A model generated the notes under the pieces. That model saw nothing but the letters and a program-made list of their open reading frames with translations, ran no database searches and had not been told where the DNA came from. A program made the translations under genes and the position numbers. A stretch of DNA of 62,197 nt, counting the filler, from Jimgerdemannia flammicorona (Eukaryota), in the NCBI GenBank assembly GCA_003990765.1. It is 3 parts of 3 records of this genome, joined end to end, with 100 filler letters (N's around TTAATTAATTAA, not from the genome) between each part and the next. Parts side by side here need not be neighbours in the genome. Positions count along the whole stretch, not along the records: positions 20,768 to 41,433 come from RBNJ01001622.1; 2 more parts are not named here. One strand, 5' to 3'. Numbering within the stretch: the first letter of the stretch is position 1; each line of letters begins with the position of its first letter. Positions 25,536 through 37,095 of the stretch are shown piece after piece.

Positions 25536-26818
25536 ATGGGGAGACACTGCCAAATGGTAATGGGCCCCGCCGGCAGCGGCAAATCCACTTACTGCGCAAC
25601 AATGATGACACACTGCCAGAACGTAGGCCGGACCGTTCATCTCGTTAACTTGGACCCCGCCGCCGAGCGCTTCGAATACCAGCCCACCATTGGTGTGTAT
25701 TTGGGACCTACATGGGGAGGGAGTAATTTTGCTTGTCCCTTGTTCACGTCTCGTATTGTGCACTCATTTCTTTTCTCAATGCATTTGGAAACACGTAGAT
25801 ATCCGCGATCTAATTACCCTTGATGATGTCATGGAGGAGCTACAGTACGGGCCCAACGGTGGTTTGATATACTGTCTTGAGTGAGTATCATGCTTCTCGA
25901 GGGGTTGATTGGCGCATAGATATTGAGACATCGTAGTTCATCACCCCTCACCGTATCCCAGGTTCCTCCTCAACAACATCGACTGGCTTGAGGAGGCGCT
26001 AGGTAGCTATGAAGACGACTACCTCATCTTCGACTGCCCCGGCCAGATCGAGTTGTACACGCACTTTCCGATCATGCGCCGCATCTGCGAAAACCTGCAG
26101 CGGTGGAACTTTGCGATCTGTGGCGTTTACCTGCTCGAGTCGCAGTTTATTGAGGATAAGAGCAAGTACTTCTCCGGCGTCCTCTCCGCCATGTCCGCCA
26201 TGATCAATCTCGAGATCCCCCACGTCAACATCATGACAAAGATGGACCTTATTCAAGGAAAGGCTGGCGCTGTTGGAGTGCATGCGGGAAAGGGGAAGAA
26301 GGCTAAAGGTGGTGGAAGCGAAGGGGCTATGAGAGGAGGGATGAGGAAAAAGGAGTTGGAAAGATATTTGGATCCGGATCCGTTGTTGTTAGTCGAGGAT
26401 GTGAACTCCAAGACGAGCTCGAGATTCCATAGCTTGAATCAAGCAATTGTGCAGTTGGTATGGGTCTCTTTACCCGACTTAAGTTGTCTATTTGTTTATT
26501 TATTGGGAATATTGCGATCATTAGAGGCGGAAAAAAATGATACTTCCGTTACCCTTTCCCTCGATAGATCGAGGACTACAATATGGTGAGCTTCATCCCG
26601 TTGAACAATCAGGACGAGGACTCCGTCAACTATGTTCTCTCACACGTCGACAACGCCATGCAGTACGGCGAGGACCTCGAACCCAAGGTATTCTTTTACT
26701 TCATGCCCGCTTCCGATACCCTAACTCCCTGGTCTCATTCGATGACCCTAACGATCTGTTCCATTCGGTGGTCTTACAGGAACCCAAAAACGAGGGTGAA
26801 TTCGGGGAAGACGATTGA
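25536..26818 (+). CDS. GPN3: GPN-loop GTPase 3 (multi-exon)
   Basis: [51 protein letters not shown] and [12 protein letters not shown]. Confidence 0.93.
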
Positions 26819-27779
26819 TGGTAGTGCGTGTGGAGAAGTGACTATCATCGATCATTACCTCACATTCTCTTTTGCAAATAACGACACACACATACATGAG
26901 TAGTTAGGAAGTAGAAGGATTTGCCATATGTACAATGTTTTTTTTTAAAAATATATATATATATTTCCCGAGATAAACAATCACATATCCCGATCTCCTC
27001 CGCACTGAGATACGGAACTATCATTTTGGGCACTTGGCGGGAGCAACGTAACTTGTCAGGACCTTGGACGCTAGCTTTCCATATCCCGATTTGTCGTCTT
27101 CAAGTCCATCTGATGGGATCTCATTATTAACCATCAACCATATCTACGACCCTCCGTGATCGTGACATTGCACTCACCTAAATCGAGTATCTGCACCCTC
27201 GGATCGTACAAACTCGCACTAGATTCATCATCATAATCCCCACTGAAGGAACAAAAAGGTAAAAAAAGATTAATCAGAGCCTACAACAAAAGCCAGACAC
27301 TACGCCGTAACCGAGATGGTGTACACTTACCCAATTCTAGAAGCTCCCCTACAACCTCACTCTAGCTCAATTCTTCTTCGATATCAGGTGGTGTGCTTGA
27401 TCCAGTATCAGATGATACTTCCGAGCTATCCCGACCATCTGAAAAAAAGGTAAACAAGAGAAGCCATCAACGATCCGGCATACGACAGCCAACCGCAGCA
27501 ACACCATTCCCAACACCCGCAATCGCCATCCAACCCACCAATCCGAAGTGATACGAATTGCCCAGTGATCCGACGCAGGCTCTCCTGGGTGTGAAACTGC
27601 TTCTGATGAAGGATAGCACGGACGACCTCACCGACCCGCCGTAGGAACTGACATCGCATACGCTGCTCAACTCGTCGGACTCCAACCCCTTCCGGTACTC
27701 GATCCGTCACTCCTCAATGAACTGCAACATCTCCGCCGAGACAATCCAGTCTCCTGCCACACCGAATCCCGACAATGCT

Positions 27780-28430
27780 CCAACCACGTCAGGACCTCCT
27801 TCATCGTCGGCCGCTGCCCGGGTCAGGACTCCAGCAGTCCCGAATCACGTAGTTGTACTCGAAAGGAGCGTCGGGTATCATCCAGATGTAGCTTTATAGC
27901 CACTGGCGCCACCCCCCAGAGGGACACATGTAACGAGCTGTCATATGAGCGTGCCGAAGCAGTAGACGTCCGACGCCTGCGTGCGGGCCTGCACAGCGGT
28001 TTCAAAGACCTCGGGCGGAAGGTAGTCCAGGCGGCCGTAGACGCCGTTGTGGGGTAGGGACTCATTGACGGAAGTGCTGAGCTCCAGGTCAATGTTGTAC
28101 CCGTACGGATCCAGGCGTCGGTACATAACGTTGCCCGGGTGCAGGTCGTTGTGGGTGAAACCCAGGGTGTGAATGTTGAGCAAGTCCTGCGCCAGGGTCG
28201 CGGCGTAGTCGGAGATCGTTTCCCAGTCATACGAAGGAGGGACTTGCCTTTAGTCTAGCGAGCCGTTGTCGGCTAGATCCATTAACATTAGAATCTGGTC
28301 GCATATGTAACACGAGACTGATAGGACGGATTCCAACGGCATACGTCGTCACTAGACCTGTTAAATTGTAGAAAAGCCACCTCGACCTAAAAATTCGATC
28401 CCTTGAGTCGACTGGTTGGAATCCAACATT
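27780..28430 (-). pseudogene. Degenerate protein kinase (WIP...GRGGFST type)
   Basis: WIPTSRLK / IEFLGRGGFSTI (frameshifted), HNDLHPGNVM, YGRLDYLPPE, SDVYCFG and DCWSPDP. Has stops, and subdomains II-IV appear to be missing. Confidence 0.8.
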
Positions 28431-28586
28431 TGATTATCTGTGGCACCCGAGCTTGACACGAAGGCTTGACACGAAGAAGCGAGGAAGAATTGTGTCACCT
28501 TTATATGGAGCACATGTGCTTACGTCAAACGCGCGTCCTATAACGCCGTCCCAACTTTTCCAAAACAAATCCCGACGCGACTCGCC

Positions 28587-30226
28587 ATGACCACTGCGAA
28601 ACACCGACCGTCGGAGAACACTCCAGCCGAACAGAACGAGATACTCACCAGGTGCCTATGGCTTTGAAAATTGGAAACCCGTGTACCTACCTACACACCT
28701 TTCTTTTTCGTGATGGGGCCTTGCTGAGAAATCGTGTCCGCTTGCAGTTCGGAATCCGAGCCTGAACGCAGGCGACGCGAAAACATATCGGCGAATTTGC
28801 AAATCCTTACCGAACTCGGGCTCACGCAGGGCGGCTTGGTCGTCAAGAAGAATAGTGAAGTACGCAGGTCCTTCCTTCCGGCGGCATGGTACTAACACAC
28901 ATATCGACATTCCAAGGTGTCTTAGTTCTCATATATATATGTGTGTGTCTAGCACGAAGTCACATGGGCCAACGATAGGCCGAAGAAAAAGAAGAAAAAT
29001 GGGAGATCATATATGAAATTATCATCACGAAATCCTTCAAGAGTGTCGCGGAGGCTCAAGGGCGAGCCACCAGCCTTCACGGTATGAACCCACCGAAATT
29101 CTTGGCTTCTATCACTCCCAAGCTCGTATCTGCCTAAACCCAACCCCACCGTTATTGTCATCCTCCCCCGCGAAGTAGCACACGCTAGACGACGACTTTG
29201 TTAATAAGGATGACCAGCCCATCCCCACGACAATGACGACCGGCAAAACGCGAAGGGGCACTCGCTCTCTCTGGTGGAGCACAAAACAGACCACGGGGCT
29301 GGTGACGACCTGTGAGGTCCCAGATTGCATCGAGGTCCCGCTGACGCTGGGTGAGAACCTTAGGTTATTTTGGATATGTGGGATCATTTGTGTCTCCGTG
29401 AAGGTTTGAGATTGTCTAACGGTGATGATCTTCTTGCACGATGCACAGGCTCGATTTCCACGACAATCTGGAACGCCGGATCATTGGTGACCGGGGAAAA
29501 CAGGAAGCGGTATTGGAGCGGGAGAGCGGTAGATAATCTCCACCGAATGCCGACTGCGTGCCATCGCACGCGCCCAACATAACGTTTACCATCCCCTTCT
29601 CTCTCAATCTCATAGTGCTTGTATAAGCACCCCTACCCGGTCGGCTACCGCGCCACCAAGCGGCACTTTAACCAGACCTTTATCATGTCCATCGCCGAGG
29701 GAGAAAAAGGGCCCGTATTTTCGGTATGTTCGCGTCGTTATCTGTTACAACAGATGTTATTCAATCTTATTTGTACAATGTGCTGGTTTGCGCTGACTCG
29801 AAAACATCTCGCGGCCACCCACAGGTCACGGCGGAGAATGGTATGACCTGGGACGGTCCCACCCCGACGGCGCCTTGGACTGCGGCATGCAAGAAAAGCC
29901 CGTCGACGGGGACTAGAGTGAGCGGGCCGCTGGTAAGCATGAGGTTTTTTTGTGAAGGATACTATACGTTGCTCTTTTATATATATATATATATAAGGGG
30001 ACGGGGAGCTCCATTATTGTGCGGGATCGAACTATTAGACTATTAGTTGGCTTCTCATCGCCGGCTTGGATCCTACATGAAACGATCCTCGTTCGCTCAC
30101 CTCACGTCCCACCTTCGTCCTCTCATCCCCCTTTCCTAGTTCTTTGGCTTCTCGGATCCTATCACGTTGAAGCTGATCGAGAGCCTACCGAACTATGACC
30201 TGGCGGCAGCAGAGGTGGAGAATTGA
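28587..30226 (+). CDS. FYRN/FYRC domain protein (TBRG1-like chromatin protein), multi-exon
   Basis: Exons encode ERRRRENISANLQILTELGL, HPYPVGYRATK, GPVFSV, GPTPTAPWTAAC, RVSGPLFFGFSDP and LIESLPN, typical of FYRN-FYRC. Confidence 0.8.
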
Positions 30227-30598
30227 GAAAAAGCAGGATGGATAAGATGCACGGGTGGAAAACTCTACACCGGAACGGAGGATGTCTGTACAGAATCATT
30301 TTTCTTTCGTTCCACGGTGCTCTATCATTTGTTCTCGTTGCCAGAAATATGGGCAAGTTACATCGTGGATGGTTGGTAGATTGTAATCACTTGTATTGGG
30401 CATCTGACATCCGGAAAATAAAAGGTGTTATTGCGGTTTATTCATAGAAATTCCACTACTCGAACAATTAGTTTTGAATTGAAACTTCGTAACATGGATA
30501 ATCAAACCGCAAATCTGCTCACCAGAACCACCACCACCAACCACAATTGCTCCGTCACAAATAACTCGATATATATAACTTTATTTGCGAAGCCAAAG

Positions 30599-30631
<33 letters not shown>

Positions 30632-31062
30632 TGAATAATAAGTAGTAACAAATTGAATCGAAATTTCGCGACAAAGAGTGGGGGGTTTGAAGTGTATGGT
30701 ACAGTTGTGAGAGAAGTGGACGTGAGGAATACAGGAACTGAAATTATAAACTGAACGACAAAAGGGTAAGCGAGGAATGAGACGAGAGAGTGCGAAATGT
30801 AACATTGGAGGGCAGAAACAGGAACAAAGAAATGAACTGAACGAAATGCTATCTATATATCAATGACCAATAATGCCAAAGATGAAGAGGGGTGCATTGA
30901 GCTGGGCGAAAGGAGCCATTCGCCCGAACACACTCTACAGGAGGGGGCTGGAGGAGCAAAATAAAAACCATTGACCCAACATACTACATACAATCGATCA
31001 CACATAAACAAAAACCTTGCAACTCCCGCTCAATTACTTCTATCCACCACCACCACTACCTC

Positions 31063-31965
31063 TCATCCCTCACCCATTATGGGCGCCGAGTTCGACAGGG
31101 TCAAGGGAACCACAATCTCTCCCACATTCTCGACCTCAATCTTGTTGAGTGCTTGCTGCACGTCGTCCATGAGTTTGTAGAGCTTCGACACGTCGTCGTC
31201 GTCAAGGACGGCGCTGCGGGCGAGCACGTCCTGCGGCGCCACTGACGACGAAAGGCCCAGCGGGATTCCTGCAGAGGGGTTTCCGCCAGGGCGTGTCTTT
31301 GGGATCTGAATCTGCGCGAGGAGGTCCCTGATGCGAGGTGTGGATTTGGGGGAGATTATGAATGATGGTGAGTGGGAGAGAGCGGCCGTGTGGAGGCGGA
31401 TGTAATCGAGAAGTGGGGCTAGGATAGTCATGAGCGTACCCGTACTCTTTGGCGCGATCTTGGGCGTCCTGATGCTGGAGATGGTCGGTAGTCGCGCTAG
31501 AGATGTCGATGAGGTTCCTGGTTTGAAAGTATTTGCGATACGCGAATCAAAGGTCGTGTTAGATGTGCACTGTCAATGCACAGAACACAAGACTCCTCTC
31601 TGAGAACACCAAAGAGGCAGACACATACGCCGCGGTCCGATCAACAATCTGCTTCAACGTCTCCTGCTCTAATTGGTGGTCAATTGCCTCATACCGCGGG
31701 TAACTTCTGGGACTGTTGCGTATGTTTCAAGGAAAAAGTTGTGTGAGAAAGCCGTGCCCGTCGAGGCAATAGGTCAACGTCAAAATTCGGGAGCAGGCTT
31801 ACAAGTCTTGCTCGGTGCGGATAAGCAGAGGCTCGCCCTCATCGGGCTATTAAATACGCAATGCTGTTGTTTAGAAAAACAGGGATATTCTAGCGACTAT
31901 CAAACGGGTACCGAGTTCGCTACGCTCACCTTGGCATAATCTTCCTTGCTTCCGCAACAACCCAT
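31063..31965 (-). CDS. LAMTOR1: Ragulator anchor subunit LAMTOR1/Meh1(Ego1) homolog, 4 exons
   Basis: N-terminal MGCCGSKED acylation motif, acidic dileucine DEGEPLL, EQETLKQIVDRTAANLIDIS and C-terminal IEVENVGEIVVPL, joined by GT-AG introns. Confidence 0.85.
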
Positions 31966-32481
31966 ATGTAGAGTCCGGGAAGTGTAGAAAGGGGACGTAA
32001 AGATGAAGTGTTTTTTCCTTCCAACGGCAGCGACTGAAGTTGAAATGGTCCGGACTAGGCGAGGGTTCAAGGTGGTGCGGTCGGAGTGGGTGTATTCGCG
32101 TTCAATAGTTTGATCAGAGTATACATATCCGTCTGTCCCCCACAGGGAATGGGTGTGATGTCATCATTAATCGACCTCTGTCACTTCAGAACTCCCAAGC
32201 GCATCACGTGAACAGTGTGCAACAGCCTCGAAACTTGTGCAGGACTACATACCCGTCTTGCACGCAGAATCTTTGGAAATCCCCCAACGGCATCGACATT
32301 TTTATTTTGCCTATGGGACCATCGAGTTGCGTACTGGGCCATCTCTGGGTTGGAATGCACAAGGGTCGGGTCGGGTCGGGGGTTCGATCTAAGATTTTGG
32401 TCGCTAGGGATGGGCTAAAATGAGCGCTTATCTGTTACGTTGTCCAAACAAGTTAATGTTGACATCCTGTTTGTTTGGCGA

Positions 32482-33213
32482 TAGTGCTCCGAGCGAATCG
32501 AATCCGATTTGTCACGTGATGATCCGAATTAGTTTATATTCATGATCATCACTGTTCAAATTTTTTTTATAGGGGTATTCTGTCGCACCAGTCACATAAA
32601 CATGGCCTATAATTTAAGGATGCAGGGAAAGTTCCATCAAAAAAAATTTTAGAGGCCTGATAAATGGCCTTGAAAATTGTCTTCCAATCTGATAGCTCAC
32701 TATATAGCTTAGTGCTCTGAACAGATTCAATTTATCTTTATATTCAAATCAACTCAAATTAGTCTTATAATCTGATCTGGATAGATTCAAATTGATCTGA
32801 ATTACTTAAAATCTTTAATGATATCATCTTTTCTTTGTTTTTTTTTTTTTGTTTTTTTTTTTTTTTTTTTTTTAAATAAATAAATAGTATTTCTTTATTT
32901 TTTTTTTGTTTACTTATTTTTTTTTTTTTTTTTTTGCTTTTTTTTCTTATTGCATTATAAATAAATAAATAGTAGCTCTTAATTATATATTGGTCTACTT
33001 ATTTTTTTATTTATTCAATAATTGTCAAAAGAGAGAATATTCAAAATGGAAAAGTATTCTCTACTAATAATATTAAATTCTTTCTTATATAAGTAGTATA
33101 TAAGCTGCTTATCAAGAGCCAAAGTAGCAGTAGCAGTAGTAATAGTAATGGTAATATGATGATGATAGTGATGATGAGAATGAGAGAGAATTCTAGTAAT
33201 AACTTATAGTAAT
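32482..33213. mobile_element. Probable eroded hAT/MITE-like termini (TAGTGCTC at 32482 and 32710) and an AT-rich remnant
   Basis: Same TAGTGCTC start and GAATC/GATTC-rich subterminus as the MITE at 59674. No partner end found. Confidence 0.35.
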
Positions 33214-34078
33214 TATAAGTATATAATCTCCAAGCTACTAAAATCACACATTACCTTTCAAATAAATCTGGAAATTATATGCAAGATCATAAAGCTGAGT
33301 CAAATCAAAATCATAAAGTACAAAGCTAAGTTAACTCAAAGTTATAGAATATAAGACTTATATAAATAAAATCTTACCAATCAGGACCAAATACATATAC
33401 TAAGTTCTTAGATATATCAAAACAAAGAACTACAATAAACTAAACAAATAACTATAACTCTCAAATATATATAACTATGATCACTAAGATCTACAACTGT
33501 ATCTATACTGATATTTGGAATATTATTATTAACTGAGTTATACTTCTCCTATCTCTCATAAATATCTATAATCTAGTACCTCTCTACTTTATAAAAGCTT
33601 GATAGAATGCCCTAAATATACTTAGTGAAGCCTATTGAATTAGATAAATCTCAAGCTACTATTAAATTAGCCACCTCTTAGAAGATATGGTTGAATACTA
33701 CTATAATATAGATATTATTTAGATGTCCTAATACTAGAAACTCATTGCCTATAAATACCAAGAACTCTTCTATAAGTACAGCACCTTTATCTCTCATCTC
33801 TAAGTTATTACTACTGAAATTATTGCTACTCTGTCCTATGGCCAAATCAATGATATAGTATAAAAACTTAACTATAAGTATATTAAGTATATTTAAATTA
33901 TAGATAGAACCTTCCTATACTTTGATAACTATATCCTACAAATGTCTCAAGTTGGATATATCATAAAAGATATCTATAATATATATATATAATCTAGTTT
34001 GATAATAATAAAATAGAAGATAATAATCTCTCTAATACTGATATAATCTCTAACTAAGGATTCCTACCAACTCCAGAC
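33214..34078 (+). mobile_element. Old, heavily C>T/G>A-mutated copy of the LTR at 39174, interrupted by a LINE
   Basis: TATAAGTATATAATCTCC corresponds to TGTAAGCGCACAACCTCC; colinear with 39174 to ~40055. Confidence 0.9.
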
Positions 34079-35080
34079 CTCTTTCTAGTACCATTCAGGT
34101 TATACAACCTTTGGAAGGCACTTTCGATAATGTTTTCAGCAAAAAGAGACTAATAATATGGCAACCGACAGACAACCTGAGGTACGTACTGGGCAGGGCG
34201 GCCCTAGCGCTTTTGACTGACAGTAGGTGGGGAGGGGGCCAGGCCTGGGGGGTGGTATGAGGGGCCTGCTGGCGGGTGGACATGGAAGGGGTGGAGGAGG
34301 TGGTGGAGGATCAGGATCTGGGAGGGCAAGCTTCGTGGAGATGGTGAAGGGGAGGCAGCAGGCATCGGGGCTGGAGAGCTGGCTGAAGAAGGGTAAGGGG
34401 ACCGAGAAGGAGATGGTGCCGGGGGGTGCGGCCCTTGGAAGGGGGGGTGGTGGAGCTGCGGGAGTAGTGGCTGGGGGGGGTGTGACTGCTGATGGTGTTG
34501 GGACTGTCGATCTGGAAAAAAAATCCAGATGTGACAGCTGATGGCGAGGCTGAGCGGCTGAGGCTTAGAAGGCGAGGAGGAAGAAGGCCCAGCGGGAGCC
34601 AAGGGAGTGAACCCAGAGCTAGTGTCAAAGCGAACAGAAGATATGTGGAAGAGCATGTATAAGGGGGACGAACAAAGAACGTAACCGAAAATGCATCAGC
34701 CGTTTATTGCCATATAAAAAACGCGGTCCTTATATACAAAATATGACGTCCCAAAAGGGAGGATGCACCACAACTCGGGGCGAACCGAATTAGGAACCAC
34801 ATGACCGCCGGAGATAGGCAGAGATAAAGGGGGAGCCAATCCCAGTTGCAGGATAAAAATCACAAACAAATACAAACAAAACAAATCAAACCAAATCCAA
34901 ATCGAGATTAAAAAACATCCGCAGACCCCGAAGGGGTGAGCACGAGTGAGGGGTGAGGCCGAAATGGAGTGAGCCGCAGTGAGCCCAAGCGAAGCGAGGG
35001 GCCGAAGGCAGCAGAGGGGAGCGGAGTAAGGCCAAGACCCCGGAGCGAGCGCGAGACCCTGGAGAGGGCAAGGATGTTTT

Positions 35081-37078
35081 TTAATTCTCTCTGGCAGAAC
35101 CGGAGACACCAGAAGGTGATGAAAATGCAAAACAAGAGTGATGGATTGAAGAAGAAATAGAAGGAAGATGCGAACAAGCAATCAGAGGGCATTGGGAAAG
35201 AGATGAAAGTCCATGGCATGAAAGAGAAGAGCGCAGGACGGTATCAGGGTGTTGAGCAACCCAGCGAGCACGATCAAATGGTATGACAAGAATCAGGGGT
35301 GGGAAAGAAGAGGGGGTATGGAGAGGGTAAGGGGGGAGAGAGGGAAGGGAGGGGGGGTAAAGAGGAGAGAGGAGGGAAGCACGAACAATAGACCATTCAA
35401 CAGAAGCAAGCAGATTACAAATGATAGAAATAGGGTAGGCATGACAATGGACTACAAAGTTACCAAGAACCCGAACCGCAGATACCCAGTCAGAACGACA
35501 GGAGCAGCATAATGCAAGATAACGAGCCTCACCACGAACACATTCAAGAAGAGTGCGACGAGGATGATTGGACAAGAAGTCAGGGAACTGTTGGGAACGG
35601 GGAAAACGGGAATAAACAACAGTTCGGAAGGGAGAAAGGGAAATGGAAAGGTCCAAAAAGGGAATACTAGTCATACCGCACACCCAAGTAATAGAATGAT
35701 GGGGAGGGTAGACGCTCAGGAACACACTAGGGATATCAATGTCAGCAACAGCGAAGACAATAAAGTCATCAATGTATCAGCGAAAGAAGATATCCCCAGC
35801 CCGGAATGCAATGGAAAGAGGTGAAGTGATATCACGTAATGCATGCAATTCATGGACCAGGCCAATGAGGTTGGCAAGGGTGGGGGCACAATTCGTACCC
35901 ATGGCAATACCAGAAGTCTGGTGAAAGGAGCCAAGGGCCGACTCAAAATAATTAGAGCTGCAGACGAGGAGTGTAAGCTCAACAATGGAAGCCAGCAAAA
36001 CCGGGGAGTCCAAAGGAAAAACCAAGGAACCCAAGAAGCGAAGGCAATCATCGATCTCATCAAAATGAATAGCAGTATAGAAGGAAGAGAAGTCACCAGA
36101 GGCCAAATGGGAAAAATGGTGAACAGGCACAATGGTGGAGCAGAGAAGGGCGAGCTCCTGAGTATCACAAAGAATAGTATACTCAGGCCCAAGACGGTGT
36201 TGTAAGAGAGCCATCCAGGAGAGAAAGAAATGGGATAACCATTTCGAAATCTCGGTGGTAGGAGAACTATAAGCAGCCGTGATAGGACGCCAAGCCAAAG
36301 TAGGCTTGTGAACTTTAGGAAGAGCATAGAAAACTGGAAGAGAAATATCCGGGGAGGACAAAGAGTCCTAGAAGAAGTTAAAAATGGGGTTCGCAAATGG
36401 GGAATCCGAAAGTGATCTAGCATGAGCCAGAGAAACCCGAAGAAGAGTGAGAACCTCATCCAATCTAAGAGCACTAGGCTCATAAGCCATGGCTCGAAGG
36501 AGGGTGGAAAGGTCATCAAGGTAGAGTGACTTAGGAATAAGTGCAAAACCCTGATTCTTATCAGTGACTGTGAGCAAATGCATAGGCAATTGCTTGACCG
36601 ATTTAAGCGCGATACACATGGCACGGTCCGAAACCAAGCAAGAGCGAGCTCGTCCGGGAACGGACAGTGAGCAAGCCATGTCAAGGAATACGCAGTATGA
36701 AGAGACATTGGGAGGGGGGACCCAATCGCTAGAAACAAAATAGCGAGAGGGCATCTCACCATGATCTTGAAAGAAGATGGCAAGGTCAAGAGCATGACGA
36801 AAATGTGTTAGACGAGCCGGATCAGTGAAGGAGAATTGTGAGGGAGTCGCAGGAAAAACAAAGCGAAGACCCAAGGATAAGGCAAAGACTTGAAGGGGAG
36901 AAAGGGGGCAGTCAGCCGAAGAAAAAGGAGGAGACAAAAGTGTTCCAAGAGAAGAGTAAACCCGAAAGTTTGGGACAAGCAACTGGGAAAGGCGAAGGGG
37001 GGACAACATGAGGAACCACTCAGGATACACCAGAAGCAATGATGGAATCCGAGAAGGGATGGGGACACTGGGGGAGAA
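35081..37078 (-). pseudogene. PLE reverse transcriptase ORF2 (single frame; nonsense codons at 36368-36370 and 35777-35779)
   Basis: ORF-track segments 36368-37039, 35777-36361 and 35081-35725 share one frame. No GIY-YIG motif follows the thumb domain. Confidence 0.87.
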
Positions 37079-37095
37079 CTACACCGGGGGGAAGT

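Noticed and set aside
32204..32519. Two TCACGTGA (CLEAR/E-box-like) sites upstream of LAMTOR1
   Set aside because: Short common motif, and one copy lies within a probable transposon terminus. No conservation evidence is available.
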